This document shows positions 15,063-35,389 of a DNA stretch of 64,000 nucleotides, one piece after another (position 1 is the first letter of the stretch; each line of letters opens with the position of its first letter). Source of the DNA: the human T2T-CHM13v2.0 reference genome, Homo sapiens; the NCBI RefSeq assembly GCF_009914755.1, contig NC_060934.1, one strand, 5' to 3'. The notes under the pieces are model-generated. The model was not told where the DNA came from. It saw nothing but the letters and a program-made list of their open reading frames with translations, and did no database searches. The position numbers and the translations under genes are program-made.

Positions 15063-15209
15063 ATGATATAAGAAAAAATGCTTTGGAAGGTGCTAGTGAA
15101 ATATAAATTTTCTCTTGTATTGCAGCATTTAATACAAGGTCTTAAAATAGGAAGCAAACAAAAAATATTAACTGATTGAACAACCCTTGTAGCTGGAAAA
15201 ATGTCCCAC

Positions 15210-15882
15210 CCGAAAGCAGGGCATATCAGTTCATTCAGACTAGATTTTCTGTGCTCTGATTCTGATCCCTAAGGCCTGAAGACGGACCTTCCAGCATGGA
15301 ATCACCTCCTGCTGTCATTTCCGCCAACTTATTGCCCCACGTCCACATGGAGAGATGTTTGGGACCTGGGACTTACTTTGAGGTGTAGTCAATAGCCCTC
15401 ATCCACTGTTTCTCTCTTTCTATAGAGCTTACATAGCATTCATGTGCCCATAAGCTCATCTCTCAAATGCTAACCTTATACTTGCTGCTGTGGTTGAACC
15501 CCAAGCTTTAGTCTGGGATGGGGGTGACTGTCATGTTGCTATCCAGCAAGCACTGGGTAATTCCCTAGGATTTCAAGAGGCAGATGTGCAATCTGCCACA
15601 TGCTATGAGCTCCTTGGAAGACACCAGATCATTAGGTACCAGCCCTTCCTATTTCTGAGTTCTTTAGAGTTGAGCAATGTCCTTTTCACACACAAAGAAC
15701 ATCAAAAATTATAAATCTTTATTAAACGCTGAGCCCATTTACAGAGGTTTCAGCAAGAGACACAGCTCATTCAATCTTTGCTTCGTCAGGCAGTTTGGAA
15801 AGCACTTTTTAAGAATACTCAAAACGTACATTTAAAGTACACCTTAACATTTCATGTGATTAGAACTCAGTTTAAATTCTAA
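15210..15882 (-). pseudogene. Pseudo-exon(s) ...KVLSKLPDEAKIE...EREKQWMRAIDYTSK*VPGPKHLSMWTWGNKLAEM...
   Basis: catattttag acceptor, CGG|GTGGGA donor. Many stops (near random density) and one frameshift or a 61-nt intron near 15682-15742. Confidence 0.5.
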
Positions 15883-15956
15883 CTAAAATATGCAAATAGC
15901 CAAAGCATGCCTTTAAGATGAGATACAATATTACTATCATTTTCTCAGTACTGTAC

Positions 15957-16188
15957 CGGTTACTCCATGCTGGGAAGAATCTAATCCAAAATCAATTCTC
16001 ATCATGCAGGAATCACCAAGCAAACTGACATAAAAACTGTCATCAGGAGGATAAATAATTTCGGAGAACAAAACAATTCATTGAAGTTGTGCAGCTTCTC
16101 TGGGGAAAAGGTAAAAGCCTGTTTCCAGTTGACTAGTTCTGTCTGGAATCACCCATAGTTTGGACAAAGATGCCAAGCACTCTCTCAG
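15957..16188 (-). pseudogene. Pseudo-exon LRECLASLSKLWVIPDRTSQLETGFYLFPREAAQLQ*IVLFSEIIYPPDDSFYVSLLGDSCMMRIDFGLDSSQHGVT
   Basis: 77 codons with one TGA; CCG|GTACAG donor; 74-nt intron in phase 1. Confidence 0.65.
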
Positions 16189-16431
16189 CTCGAAGAACAT
16201 TCATAATAACAGTGACAAAACATTATAATTAGAAAACTCTTTACAAAGTGTGAGTAATCACATCTGATCCTACAGCAACACTGTGACATCAGTATCATTA
16301 TCCCCATTTTAGAGCTCAGAGAACAAAATGACAGGTCATGAGACTTGCCCAATATTACACAGCAAATTTGTTCATCCATTTAATAAATATTTGTTGAGAA
16401 ATCACCACATGCAAGGCATCGAGATACATAC

Positions 16432-16652
16432 TGGGGGACTAGAGAGGAAGAAGACATTTTCCGTGTCTGAATAATATTCGGAAACATCAAGCTATGGGAT
16501 TTCTTCCTGCTATCTTTTATCTTTCCCTGACCTTCTCGTTTCTCCTTTAAACAAGCCTTTCACCAGCTCTGAGCTCACAGCCCCAAGGGAAACATTTAGC
16601 AGGGGGAAACAAAAGTAGCTCATATGGCTTCTGGCTTTAATGTTCCAAAAGC
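16432..16652 (-). pseudogene. Pseudo-exon FWNIKARSHMSYFCFPLLNVSLGAVSSELVKGLFKG...SEYYSDTENVFFLSSPP
   Basis: aatttag acceptor, CCA|GTATGT donor, 221 nt = 2+73 codons, 2 TAG. Confidence 0.6.
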
Positions 16653-17237
16653 CTAAATTATTGAATATTACAGGAAAAAAAGAGTGTGTCTTAAAGAAAC
16701 TTGAAGAAATAATTTTTCCCAGTCTAGAGCAAGGTTCTCCTAGTGCTCAGAGGAAAGGAGAGGAGAACAAGAGGAAGAGGAGATCGAGGGGTCCTGGGAG
16801 AAGAGGGGGCCTGTGCCTCCTTCCCAACAGTGCTACCAGGGAGGAGGAAGCCCTAAAGGGAAAATTGACAATGTGTTTGTCTAAGCTTCCTGGAACCTAG
16901 CCTCAGCAGTGTGGTTAGGAGCAGCAGAGAGTCAAGTCATTTGATGGGACCACAAACACAGGGACAAAGGATGGCTCCACAATTGACCTATTTGGACTCA
17001 TGATCCTGTGTTATATGACCCTGGAACTAGGGGACATGTCTGAGGTTGGGGACTCCAAATAGAAATAAAAAGTTGAATATAGAAAATAAAGAGATACTCT
17101 AGTTCTAATACACCTCTGTTTATGGTCTGAGATGCATACCTACTACCCAGATAATAAAAATTAGTGGAGAAGGAAGTCTCATTTCTAGAAAGATAGCATA
17201 ATTTCCCAGTCCACTGACCTTCTTGCAAATAACTAAA

Positions 17238-17366
17238 GCTAGGCACAGTGGTGCATACCTGTAGTCTCAGCTAGTCAGGAGGCTGAGTCAGGAGGATTGC
17301 TTGAGCTTGGGAATTTGAAACCTGTCTTGGCAACATAGTAAGACACATTTCTAAAAAAATAAAATA
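17238..17366 (+). mobile_element. Monomeric Alu (FLAM/FAM)
   Basis: Single Alu monomer with A tail. Confidence 0.8.
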
Positions 17367-17779
17367 ATGTAAACTCTGAACACCACTAAAATATTACCCG
17401 ATGCCTCTGAGGAGTGAACAGAATTTGCAAGGGAGCTGAAATTTGGAAGAAGGGATTGGCGCCAGGTGAGTCCCTCCTCTTTGTGGCTTTGGTCCACAGG
17501 AAAGCTGTGGGCATGACATGACTTGGAGTGGCTTCTGAAAGAAAACTTGTCATCTCTCTGGCCAGAGGAAAGAGGAGGCATGGCAGCCATGGCCACAGAA
17601 AAGTAAGGGAACATTCCAGAGAGAAGAAAGCCAAAGAAGGTGTTCTCAGAGTCATATGCAACTCTGCCCAGTCACTGGCTGGCTACTGAGTCACAAATAT
17701 CAGGGCAGGCTGCAAACATCACAGCTTTGAGAAGTGGGAGGGCTGGAAACTGAGCTGAGATTTGGGCTGCAGCCCAGCT

Positions 17780-19150
<1,371 letters not shown>

Positions 19151-19181
19151 AGGATGTTTTATCAGTCAAAATTTAGTCAGG

Positions 19182-19476
<295 letters not shown>

Positions 19477-21094
19477 TTAGAGACAGAAACTCTACTAGTT
19501 ATCTGATCACAGAAAATTTAATAGAAAAAGTTTTTAATAACCACTAAAAAGTAAAGGGATAAAGGTGGACTTTAAGAAATGGCAAACACAGAAAGCAGGT
19601 TAAACATCCCTAATTCAAAAACTCAAAATTTTAAAGGCTCCAAAATCCAAAATTTTTTGAGCACTGACCTGATGCCAAAAGTGGAAAATTCCAAACCTGA
19701 TTTCGTGTGATGAGTTACAGTCAAAGCTTTGTTTCCTGCAAAAATTATTAAAAAATACTATATGAGAAGGTGGCTGGCAAGATGGCCGAATAGGAAAAGC
19801 TCTGGTCTGCAGTTCCCAGCGAGATCAACGCAGAAGGCAGGTGATTTCTGCATTTCCAACCAAGGTACCCACCTCATCTCATTGGGACTGGTTAGATGTG
19901 GGTGCAGCCCAAGGAGGGCAAGCCAAAGCAGGGTGGGGCATCACCTCACCAAGGAAGCCCAGGGGGTCAGAGAACTCCCTGCCCTAGCCAAGGGAAGCCA
20001 TGAGTGACTGTGCGATGAGAAAGGGTGCATTCTGGCCCAGATACCACACTTTTCCCATGGTCTTCACAACCTGCAGACCAGAAGATTCCCTCAGGTGCCA
20101 ACACCAGGGCTCTGGGTTTCAAGCACAAAACTGGGTGGCCGTTTGGGCAGACACCAAGCTAGCAGCAGGAGTTTTTTTCATACCCCAGTGCCACCGTAAC
20201 ACCAGTTAGATAGAACCGTTCACTCCCCTGGAAAGGGGGCTGAAGCCAGGGAGCCAAGTGGTCTAGCTCAGCAGATCCCACCCCCACGGAGCCCAGGAAG
20301 ATAAGATCCACTGTCTTGAAATTCTCGCTGCCAGCACAGCAGTGTGAAGTCCACTTAAACTTGGTGGCGGGAGGTGCGTTCACCATTATTGAGGCCTGAG
20401 TAGGTGGTTTTCCCATCACAGTGTAAACAAAGCCACCAGGAAGTTTGAACTGGGTGGAGCTCACCGCAACTTAGCAAAGCTGCTGTAGCCAGACTGCCTC
20501 TCTAGATTTCTCCTCTCTGGGCAGGGCATCTCTAAAAGAAAGGCAGCAGCCCCAGTCAGGCGCTTATAGATAAAACTCCCATCTCCCTGGGACAAAGCAC
20601 CTGGGGGAAGGGGCAGCTATGAGCGCGGTTTCAGCAGACTTAAACATTCCTGTCTGCCAGCTCTGAAGACAGCAGCGGATCTCCCAGTACAGCACTCAAG
20701 TTCTGCCAAGGGATAGACTGCCTCCTCAAGTGAGTCCCTGAACCCAGTGCCACATGACTGGGAGACAACTTCCAGCAGGGGTCAACAGACACCTCATATA
20801 GCAGAGCTCTGGCTGGCATCTGGTGGGTGCCCCTCTGGGACAAAGCTTCCAGAGGAAGGAACAGGCAGCAATCTTTGCTGTTCTGCAGCCTCTGCTGGTG
20901 ATACCTAGGTAAACAGGGTCTGGAGTGGACCTCCAGCAAACTTCAGCAGACCAGCAGCAGAGGGGCCTGACTGTTAGAAGGAAAACTAACAAAGAGAAAG
21001 GAATGGTATCAACATCAACAAAAAGGATGCCCACACAAAAACCCCATTTGAAGGTCACCAACATCAAAGACCACAGGTAGATAAATCCATGAAA

Positions 21095-22116
21095 ATGAGG
21101 AAAAAACAGCACAAAAAGGCTTAAAATTCCAAAAACCAGAATGCCTCTTCTTCTCCAAAGGATCACAACTCCTTGCCAGCAAGGGAACAAAACTGGATGG
21201 AGAATGAGTTTGATGAATTGACAGAAGTAGGCTTCAGAAGGTGGGTAATAACAAACTCCTCCGAGCCAAAGGAGCATATTCTAGCCCAATACAAGGAAGC
21301 TAAGAACCTTGAAAAAAAGGTTAGAGGAATTGCTAAATAGAATAATCAGTTTAGAGAAGAACATAAATGACCCGATGGAACTGAAAAACACAGCACAAGA
21401 ACTTTGTGAAGCATACACAAATATCAATAGCCAAATCGATCAAGTGGAAGAAAAGATATCAGAGATTGAAGATCAATTTAATGAAATAAAGCATGAAGAC
21501 AAGATTAGAGAAAAAAGAATGAAAAGGAACGAACAAAGCCTCCAAGAAATATGGGACTGTGTGAAAAGAACAAACCTACGTTTGATTGGTGTACGTGAAA
21601 GTGATGGGGAGAATGGAACCAAGTTGAAAAACACTCTTCAGGATATTATCCAGTAGAACTTTCCCAGCCTAGCAAGACAGGCCAACATTCAAATTCAGGA
21701 AATACAGAGAACACCACAAAGATACTCCTCAAGAAGAGCAACCCCAAGACACATAATCATCAGATTTACCAAGGTTGAAATGAAGGAAAAAATGTTAAGG
21801 GCAGCCAGAGAGAAAAGTCAGGTTACCCACAAAGGAAAGTCCATCAGACTTACAGCAGATCTCTCTGCAGAAATCCTACAAGCAAGAAGAGAGTGGGGGC
21901 CAATGTTCAACACTCTTAAAGAATTTTCAACCCAGAATTTAATATCCAGCCAAACTAAGCTTCATAAGCAAAAGAGAAATAAAATCCTTTACAGATAAGC
22001 AAATGCTGAGAGATTTTGTCACCACCAGGCCTGCCTTACAAGAGTTCCTGAAGGAAGCACTAAATATGGAAAGGAAAAACCAGTACCAGCCACTGCAAAA
22101 ACATACCAAATTGTAA
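21095..22116 (+). pseudogene. L1 ORF1p remnant
   Basis: ORF fragments ...SLQEIWDCVKRTNLRLIGV..., MKEKMLRAAREK; internal stops and frameshifts. Confidence 0.92.
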
Positions 22117-22179
22117 AGACCATCAACGCTATGAAGAAACTGCATCAACTAACAAGAAAAATAACCAGCTAACATCATA

Positions 22180-26304
<4,125 letters not shown>

Positions 26305-27794
26305 ACAGTGATAACACATGGACGCAGAGAGGGGAACATCACACACCGGGGCCTGTCGGGGGGTGGGGGGCTAGGGGAGGGATAGCATTAGAAGAAATAC
26401 CTTATATAGATGATGGGTTGATGGGTGCAGCAAACCACCATGTCACGTGTATACCTATGTAACAAACTGCACGTTCTGCACATGTATCCCAGAACTTAAA
26501 GTATAATAATAAAAAAAAAACTGCTATATGAAATTGCCTTTGCACTATCTGTATAGGATGTATATGAAACATAAACTTGGGTCCCATCCCCAAGATAGCA
26601 CATTATGTATATGTAAATATGCCAAAAAAAAATTAAAAATCCAAAACACTTCTGTCCCCAAGAATTCTGGATAAGAGATGTTCAACCTGTATCTCTAGGG
26701 CTGAAAGAGATGACACAATGAAGGAACTAAGAATTTGGAAGACCCTTTTCCCTCCAAGGCTGAGATTAAAGCCTCTTTGGAGAGGCCGTAGCCATCACAG
26801 AAGCACACAGGCCTCCAGAGGTAAAGAAATTTGCCAGGCTATGTGGAATAAAGCTGGTCTGCAGGAGCAGCCCATGGGATGGCACAGAAACCCACCAGAG
26901 GGTGCGAGCCAGCTGCAGCTGGCCCACAAGGCATGGCCTGCTGGGGTGCTGGTGGACCTGAGCTAGTCAGCAGGCAGAGGCCTCCTGGTAGCAGAAAAAC
27001 ACTCTGGAGAGTGAGGACTCCTGGACCTTCTGCATACTAGTGTGCTGGCAGCCATGCCATAGGAGAAAAAAGACCCCAAGAACCAGGAAAAGCTTTTTTT
27101 TTTTTTTTTCTGCCAGACTTGCAGCCCTCTCATGCCCTCTATTGGCAGAGCATAAGATTGCACCAGTTGGCAAAGGGGAAACAAAGGGTGGATCTGGAAT
27201 TGAATGGCACCAAATTGATAACTGGCCTAAATGTATAGCCTAATTCCTAAGGATGCCACAAAGAAAAAAAAATTCAAAAATATTTAAGTAATTCAAAAAC
27301 AAGAAGAAAGGGAGAATGAAGGAACAAGACACAAAAGGGATAAATAAAAAATGGTAGACTTAATCTCAAAATTATTATCCTAAGTGAAAGAAGTCAGACC
27401 CAAAAGAGTGCCTACTGGATGATTTCACTTATGCAAATTTTCAGAAAATGCTTCTTAATCTATAAAGACAAAAAGCAGAATAGTGGTTGTCTGCGACTAG
27501 AGAGGAGGGCAGGATAGGATTGGCTACAAAGTGGCATGGAGGAAATTTGGGGATGATGTAAATGTTCTATATATTGATTATCTTGGTGGTTTCATGGATA
27601 TATATATTTGTCAGGAAATGCATCATTAAACTGTGTACTCTAAATGGATGCAGTTTATTGTACAACAATTTTACCTCAATACACTTTTTAAAAGACAATA
27701 GATAAAATGTATCAATAGGTGCAAGTGGGCTGAGCTGGAAGAGCAGGGGAAGAAGAGCTGAATGGCCATCCGATGGATGTAGTGCCCTTCCTAC

Positions 27795-28908
27795 GCTGTG
27801 CTGTGCTTTGCAGCCTGTACATCACCAATGGAACTGAAGTCTTATGAACCCAGTCCCATCTAGAGAGTTACACAGCCTCAAAGATTCAGCTTTCCAGACC
27901 CAAGCATCATGGAGCTAATGTGGGTGGTACTTTGCTGTCCAAGGTATCTGCTATATTAATATAGCTACCCATGGTAGAATGAGAAAATCACCTGTTAGGT
28001 AGGACCTAGATAGAGACATCTCCTAGACATGCCTGGGCTCAAGCTCAGCCTCCAGGAGTTGGCTTCTGGCTTTGATGGACAGATAACTCCAGGAGCCCAA
28101 CAGCCCCCTTGGAGGAGCACTGAAACGTGAAGGTACAGTGAACAAAGACAGGATGCTGAAGTTAGAAACCACATGGAGAGTCAGGACTGTACTAAATAAC
28201 CAAGCATTTACTTCCCTTTCCCCCCTCCTTGGATGCCTTTAAAAATCAAAGCAAATAAATTTGTCCTTATGTAATTCACCAGTATGGTAAAGACCTCTCC
28301 CATACCTGTCAACTTTGGCAAACTTGAAATTGGATGATTTGGGAATAGGACAAGAAGGTTTTTCTGAGTCTAATAAAATGGGCTGTGAGCATTTCTTCAG
28401 ATGAAACAAAAAGGAAAACACTTCAAAACAAAAATGCTCCAAGTAATTGATATACAGTTTACATTGCACATATAAAGCATGGAACTAATTGCTAAGTGGA
28501 AAGGGAAGTCTTGAGAACTGACCTTTCCAAACACAGTAATCTGCTTACAATAATACAAATAGAAGGATGTGAACTGAAGCCATAAAAATGTTTCTCTTTT
28601 AGTATATAAAATGTTAAAAGATCCATGGCCAAGCACAGTAGCGCACTCCGGTAATCCCAGTTATGTGGGGGGCTTAGGTGGTAGAATCCCTTAGCCCAGG
28701 AGTTCAAAGTCAGCCTGGGCAACATAGAAAGGCCCCATCAAAGATCCAAGTGGGCACCATTTCCTTTGAAGTCATCATTGTGGAAAACCATGCATTTATT
28801 CCCAAGCTTGTTCAGAAATTATATTTCGGAATTGAATTATTTTACCATATCTTAAATATTCTTTGTATCCACAGGGCTTCTTTATGCTGCAATCTGAACA
28901 CAGTTATT
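27795..28908 (-). pseudogene. Large pseudo-exon interrupted by a FLAM (ITVFRLQHKEALWIQRIFKIW...FKFAKVDRYGRGLYHTGELHKDKF...)
   Basis: tgtttgttccag acceptor. The frame continues into ORF 28239-28469 after removing the FLAM and one TSD copy; ~11 stops in ~330 codons. 3' donor uncertain. Confidence 0.55.
28626..28739 (+). mobile_element. FLAM-type Alu monomer, tail-less
   Basis: TSD AAAGATCCA at 28617-28625 and 28740-28748. Confidence 0.85.
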
Positions 28909-29302
28909 CTGGAACAAACAACATAAAGTATAACATAATTGGTTAATATACTGGACTCTACAGATAATCAATAAATGTTGAAGTTCTTTGTCTTTCCTCA
29001 CTAGTGATGAACTTTCTTATTCAGATTTCATTTTTGGCAATACAGAGAAGTCACTTGGAATAAAAATTACTCATTTGTTTACTCTTTATTGTACCCACTA
29101 TGTTCCAGACACTGGTCTAGATCTGCACAGGGAAGATTGTCTTGATGCTTTAGAGTGAGTTTCAGAATCTGCCCTGGCAATGTGATTCAGCAAGTTACTG
29201 AAACTTCTGGGTCTGTGTTTTCTTCTGCAATAAAGGAGTAATAATAACAATGACATAAAAATGGTCCCTTTGGGTGGCTGTGTATTTATTCCGGAATGAA
29301 AG

Positions 29303-29588
29303 GTGTTATGGACTGAATTGTGTTTCCCAAAAACTGTTGAAGCCCTAACAATTTTGACAGTATTGGAGCTAAGGCCTTTAAAGAGGTTATTAAGGTAAAA
29401 TGAGGTCATTAGGTCCTTGACTTGCATTAGCCATCTGCAAGTCAAGGAGAGGGGCCTCAGAAAGAACCAACCCTGCCAACATCTTGATGTTGGCTTTCAC
29501 TTTCCAGAACCATGAGAAAATTAATTTCCATTGTTAAAGTCACCCAGTCTGTGATGCTTTGTGATGGCAGCCCTAGAAACCTAATACA
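29303..29588 (+). mobile_element. MLT1A-type LTR
   Basis: TGTTATGGACTGAATTGTG...CTAATACA termini. Confidence 0.8.
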
Positions 29589-31844
29589 AAGGGAATATGG
29601 ATTTATTCCAGTCCTGTATGCTCCAGATAAGGCCATCCTTCCCGGCCTCCTCATTACCATTGGCAGAAGGGAAGAGGAAATGCCCAAGTATATAATAACC
29701 CTGGCCGGATTCCACCACCTCTCTCTTCGTTCCCCATTCTCTGACATTCACAGCTTTGCCAAATAGCTTACATTGATTCCAGCAAGGCTAATTCCTCCTT
29801 GCTCTCTACCCGATCATCACAAGAAGACCAAGACTCTCAGACTCCTGGTCACTCAGATCCTCTCCTTCTCAAATCCCTACTTTTACTCCAACTCCTAAAG
29901 ACCTTTTCCTCTGTAACCTATAAAATCACAAGGCATTATCAACAAAATCTCTATTTCAATAATGTTTTTTGAAGAGTTCCCTTTGTTTTTCCGCTTTACA
30001 GAAACTTTGTTTTCCCTGAGAATACTGCTTCCCCTGCAGCCTTCTCCAGGGCCGGTGATTTTCTCAAGCACATGCTTCCTATCACTGGGCCTGGTGACGG
30101 GGTAGGGTATTCTGCTTGTTCTTTGTAGCAGATCCTAAAACAATTTCCCTTTCTCTTCCCTAAACACCCAGCCTTGAAGCCTGCACCATTAGACAATGTA
30201 TCATTTCCTCCTATTGAAGTCTTCAATGGACCTCGGCATCCCTAGGTTTTGTCTCCCCATTCCTTGTCACTCTCTCTAACGTGACTCACCATAATTCCTA
30301 GTGATTTTGAAATTCTTGGAAGTAAGACTCCCTGACCTCTCATTTTCTTGACATTCTCTTCTCCAAAAAATTTATCCTCTACTGTATATCTGCCATGACT
30401 CTCAGTCATATTCTAGATTGTCTTATGCTTTATCCATACTTGTCCTTTCTCTCTAAGTTCAGTTTGAAGACTTACACTCTGTTCATCATTTCTATATTTC
30501 ATTCACTCATCCAATGAAATGAATGTTGTTCCAGGCACTGTTCAAGATGTTGGTGATATATGACTGATCCAAATGGGCAAAAATCTATACCCTTCTTGAA
30601 CTTACATAGGGTTGAGGGAGATGATAAACCAAATGTATACCATTTAATTTGTAATAAGTGCTACAAAAAAATAAAGCAAGAAAGAAGGTTAGGCAGTATT
30701 GAAGAGGTCCACTTATTTAAAGGGTGGCCAGGGAAATACACACACATACACACACAAAATATTTGAGCTAAGACCTGAATGCTGCAGGACTGAGACAGGA
30801 AGTCATCTGGAAGAAGACTGTTCCCAAAAGAGCAAATAGTAAATGCAAAGGACATGAGATGGGAGCTTATCTGGGTGTTCAAGAAACAATGAGTAGACCA
30901 GTGTGGTCAAAAAGGACCATGAGGGAGAAGGAGGAAATAAGGGTAGAAACATGGGTAGGGGATGGGAAAGCAGATCTTGTAGGGCAACCTAATCAGCCAC
31001 GGTAAGGACTTTTGCTGTTACTCAGATGTGTCACCATTGAGACTTTTGAACAGAGGAGTGGTGTGATCTTCCCAATGTATTCCACAATACTTCAATTCTC
31101 AGAAACTCTTAACCTTACCAGGACCTTCAATCCACTGATCCAAACTCATTGTCCATCCTATAATCACTCCCTTAGAAATTCCCTCAACTTCTTTGCCTCT
31201 CACTCTGCAGTTTTCATCTGGAAAAAAAATAATCCCTAGTTAAATGTAACTTTGTGCCTACTCTGTACCTGCACTCCCACAGTTAACTGCAGCTGGAAAC
31301 AAGCACCCAAACATACTGACTTAAATTCACAGTTACTAAACCAAGCTTTTAGTGTGCCCTGGCAATTCTGCTACATTCCTTTACCTCATTATCCCATAAG
31401 ACTATTTCACAGCCTCTCTTCTCTTGACAAACCCCTCTCACCTCCTCCCCACCCTATCAGTTTATTTCCATTCCCTCACAAAACACAAACAAAAGAAAAC
31501 TTCCATACCCTTCCAGTGCCGTGTTTACCAGCCTACCCCCATCTGTACACATACATCTCTGCCTTCCCTCCTGCTACTAAGGGAAGGTTGTCCTCACTCA
31601 TTTCTCGGGCCTATGCTTCTGCTTAGACAATGGATCTTGTACCCTTTTACCCACTCAAGGACCTCCCTCAAGCCATTGTTCCCTCTCTATCCTGAATCAC
31701 CAATTTTTCTCCTTTCTACTGGCTAATTCCTATCAACGTACATAATTTTAATCATTTCATCTTTAACTATATATATTTTTTATCCTACATCTCCTTCTAC
31801 CAAATTCCATTTCTCTGTCCACTTTAAAGCTTGTCTATACTCAT

Positions 31845-32278
31845 TGTTATGGGTTCAATTGTGTCCCACCAAAACTTTTATGTTGAAGTTTAACCCTCAC
31901 CACCTCAGAATATGACCTTATTTGGAGATAGGGTCATTGCGGATGTAATTAGTTAAGACGAGGTCACGTGGGAGTAGAGTGGGCCCCTAATCAGAGATGA
32001 CTAGTGTCCTTATAGAACACAGAGACACACAAGTGAAGATGAAGGCAGAGATCAGGCTGATGCAACAAAAGCCAAGGAACACCAAAGATTCCCAGCAAAC
32101 CCCAGAAGCTAGGAGACAGGCATGGAGAGAGTCTCCCTCAAAGCCTCCAGAAAGAGCCAACCCTGATGACACTTTGATCATGGAGTTCTAGCCTCCAGAA
32201 ATATGAGACACATTTCTGTTTTTTAAGTCACCTAGTTTGTGGAACTCTGTTTATGGCAGCCTTAACGAACTAATACAA
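31845..32278 (+). mobile_element. MLT1B/C-type LTR within L2-derived sequence
   Basis: TGTTATGGGTTCAATTGTGTCCC...GAACTAATACA. Confidence 0.8.
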
Positions 32279-32508
32279 TGGCAATCTGATTTTCTCCTCC
32301 TGTCTCTTCTCAACCTACTCCAGTCAGGTTTTGCCTCCAGCATTTCAATAAAACAACTCATTTCTAAGTCTCCAATGGCATCCACATTGTTGAACAAAGA
32401 GGCTGATGTTCAATCCTTGTGTTAATTGACTTATCAACAGAAACAGTTGCTCAACCAACTTTCCTGACATACTTTCTGCACTTGCCTTCTAAGACACCAT
32501 TTCCTTAA

Positions 32509-32849
<341 letters not shown>

Positions 32850-33099
32850 CATCTAAATTCTTAATACTGGTTGTTCATCTTTCTGTTTTTCATTTAATAT
32901 TATTATATTTGTGATATTCAGGCAAAATAATATGTATATGTAATATACATGTAGAAGTAAAGTTCATATGCTCAGTTCAATAATTATAAAGTCTTTAAGC
33001 ACCACCTACACAAAGACATAGAACATTCTGAACTCCAGAAGCCCTTTATGTATGTACCCTTCCTAATGAAAACCTCTTCTCACTCAGAGGCACCAACTC

Positions 33100-34800
33100 A
33101 CTTAAATTTTATGTTAACATTTTTTCCATAAGAGAGACATGTTTACGTTTCCCACCATGATTGTGTACTTTATTCTCCTTATAAGTCTATCAACTCTTGC
33201 TTTATATATTTTGAGACAATGCTATTAGAATTATAACAAATTTAAATTTTCATATTATCACAATGAACTAGATCTTTTATCATTTTGAAATCATTCTCAT
33301 TATCTCTAGTAACACTTTTAGCATTAATGTCTATTTTTTCTATTAATAATACAGTTGTGCCAACTTTCTTTGGTTGATATTTCTATTTTTTGACTTTCAA
33401 ACTCTCTGAGTCCTTATATATTTTAGATGAACTCTGGTAAATAGCATATGCTACTAGATGGAATTTTAATTTAGGCTGATAATCTTTCTAATTTTAACTT
33501 GAACATTTAGGACATTTACATTTAATGTAATTTTACTAACATTGTGAGGTTTAAGTCTATTGTATTTGTTCCATCTCTTTTGTTCTCCTTCCTTTCCTCT
33601 CCTTTCTTGCATCCATTTGGATTGCCAATATTTTTATTTCATTCTATTACACTTTCTGTGGGTTTGGCAATTATGCTTTCTGTGCTCCTTTAGAGATTGT
33701 TCTGGGAATTATAATATGCACACTTAAATGATCAAAGTCTAAAGTTAATCAAAACTTCCACATTGTTTTCAGATAATATAAAACTTTAGAAAAATGATAT
33801 TTTGATTCTTTTTCTTAAATCACTACATATTATTACTGCTTCATACATCTAATGTTTATGTTTTTCCACATATTCTCTACTTTCTTTGCACATAATTCCT
33901 TCTGTTCCTCAGTCCCATCTGGCATAACTTTCTTTTTACTTAAAGTACATCCTGTAATACCTCCTAGTGATTAAAAAAAACTTCAGTTTTTGTTTATATG
34001 AAAGTGGTTTTATTGTGTTCCCATTCTTGAAATATATTTTTGCTAGGCATAGAATATTAGTTTGGTAATCCTTCCCTTTTGGCATATTTAATACACCTTC
34101 TGACTTCTTGCTGTTTAAAAGTCAACTGTCATTTTAATTGCTACTTCTTTGAAGTCAACTTTCTTTTTTTTTCCTCTGGCTGCTTTTAAGATTTCTACTC
34201 TTATTTAATTTTTATATTTTCTTTTTATGCTTCTGATTCACTTGAATCTGTGTATTAAGTCATTTCAATCAATTCTGGAAATATATCACATATTATGTCT
34301 TCAAATATCACTTCTGCCTGATTTTCTCTGCTTTTGGGGGGATTCTGATCTCTATCTCCTCCATGTCCCTTACTCTTTCTTCTGAATTTTCTATCTTATT
34401 TTTTCTTCTATGTTATATTATGGATAATTTCTTCTGATATATGTAGTACTTTACTTGTCTAATGAGTCTAATCTGGCCAAACATATCCACTGAATTTTTA
34501 ATGCTAATTATTGAATTTTTTATTTTGGGAAGTTCTATATATTTTTTCTGCAAATCTTCTGTTGTTTTTATAGATGCTTGTTCTGTTAATATTTTTAAAC
34601 ATGTGACTTATTTCTTTAAACCAGGAAACAATTGTTTCAGAATCTGTGCCTGATAATTATAGCATTTGAAGTGTTTGTGCCCTATTCCTATATTTTTGGG
34701 GTGGTGGGGGTGTGGGGAAGCAGCTGGTTCTCACTTATGTTGTCTTATTTCTTTGTGAGCTTGCTTACTGTTACTTGCACATTGCTTTTGAGAAATAATT
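33100..34800 (-). mobile_element. Old L1M fragments
   Basis: T-rich antisense L1 motifs (GGTAAATAGCATAT, TTCTTGAAATATATTTTTGCTAGGCATAGAAT). Confidence 0.65.
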
Positions 34801-35258
34801 TGTAAAGAGTGCCCGATGTCTAGAATGAATGGCCTTCCTCCAGAGATGCTTTTTGCTTTCTTCTGCCAGGTCCCCTGGAAAGAAGACCACTTTCAGCCAA
34901 CTGCATGTCCTAAGGTGGCCCAGTGCTCCCAGGGAACCGGTATAGGCAGATGTATGTCTCCACAAAGGCCAATTTGTTGTCACAACTTCTCAGGAATGGG
35001 TTTTCTTTTTCTTCTTTTTGCTTCCTGCTCTGTTCAGCAGAAAGGCAGGCTTCTCCACAGTCCCCTGTCACTGTGGCAGGGAGGCAATAGGGTTTCATTA
35101 CTTTATCCTTCCTTTAGGTTTAACCCTTTGGAGTCCCAGCTTAATGTTGGGAAAGACTTCTTTAAGACATCCCATTGGCAGGAGGCCCTGGACATCTGTC
35201 TCTTAACTGAAGCCCAAGTATGCAGTGTCAGCACTTGGTGCTTGGTGCAGCAACCACT

Positions 35259-35389
35259 TGGTGAGGTGTATCATGCCTGTAGTTCCAGCTACTCAGGAAG
35301 CTAGGGTGGGAGGATCACTTGAGCCCAGGAGTTCAAGGCCAACCTGGGCAACATGGCAAGACTCTATCTCTTTAAAAAAAAAAAAAAAA
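35259..35389 (+). mobile_element. FLAM-type Alu monomer
   Basis: Monomer with polyA. Confidence 0.8.
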
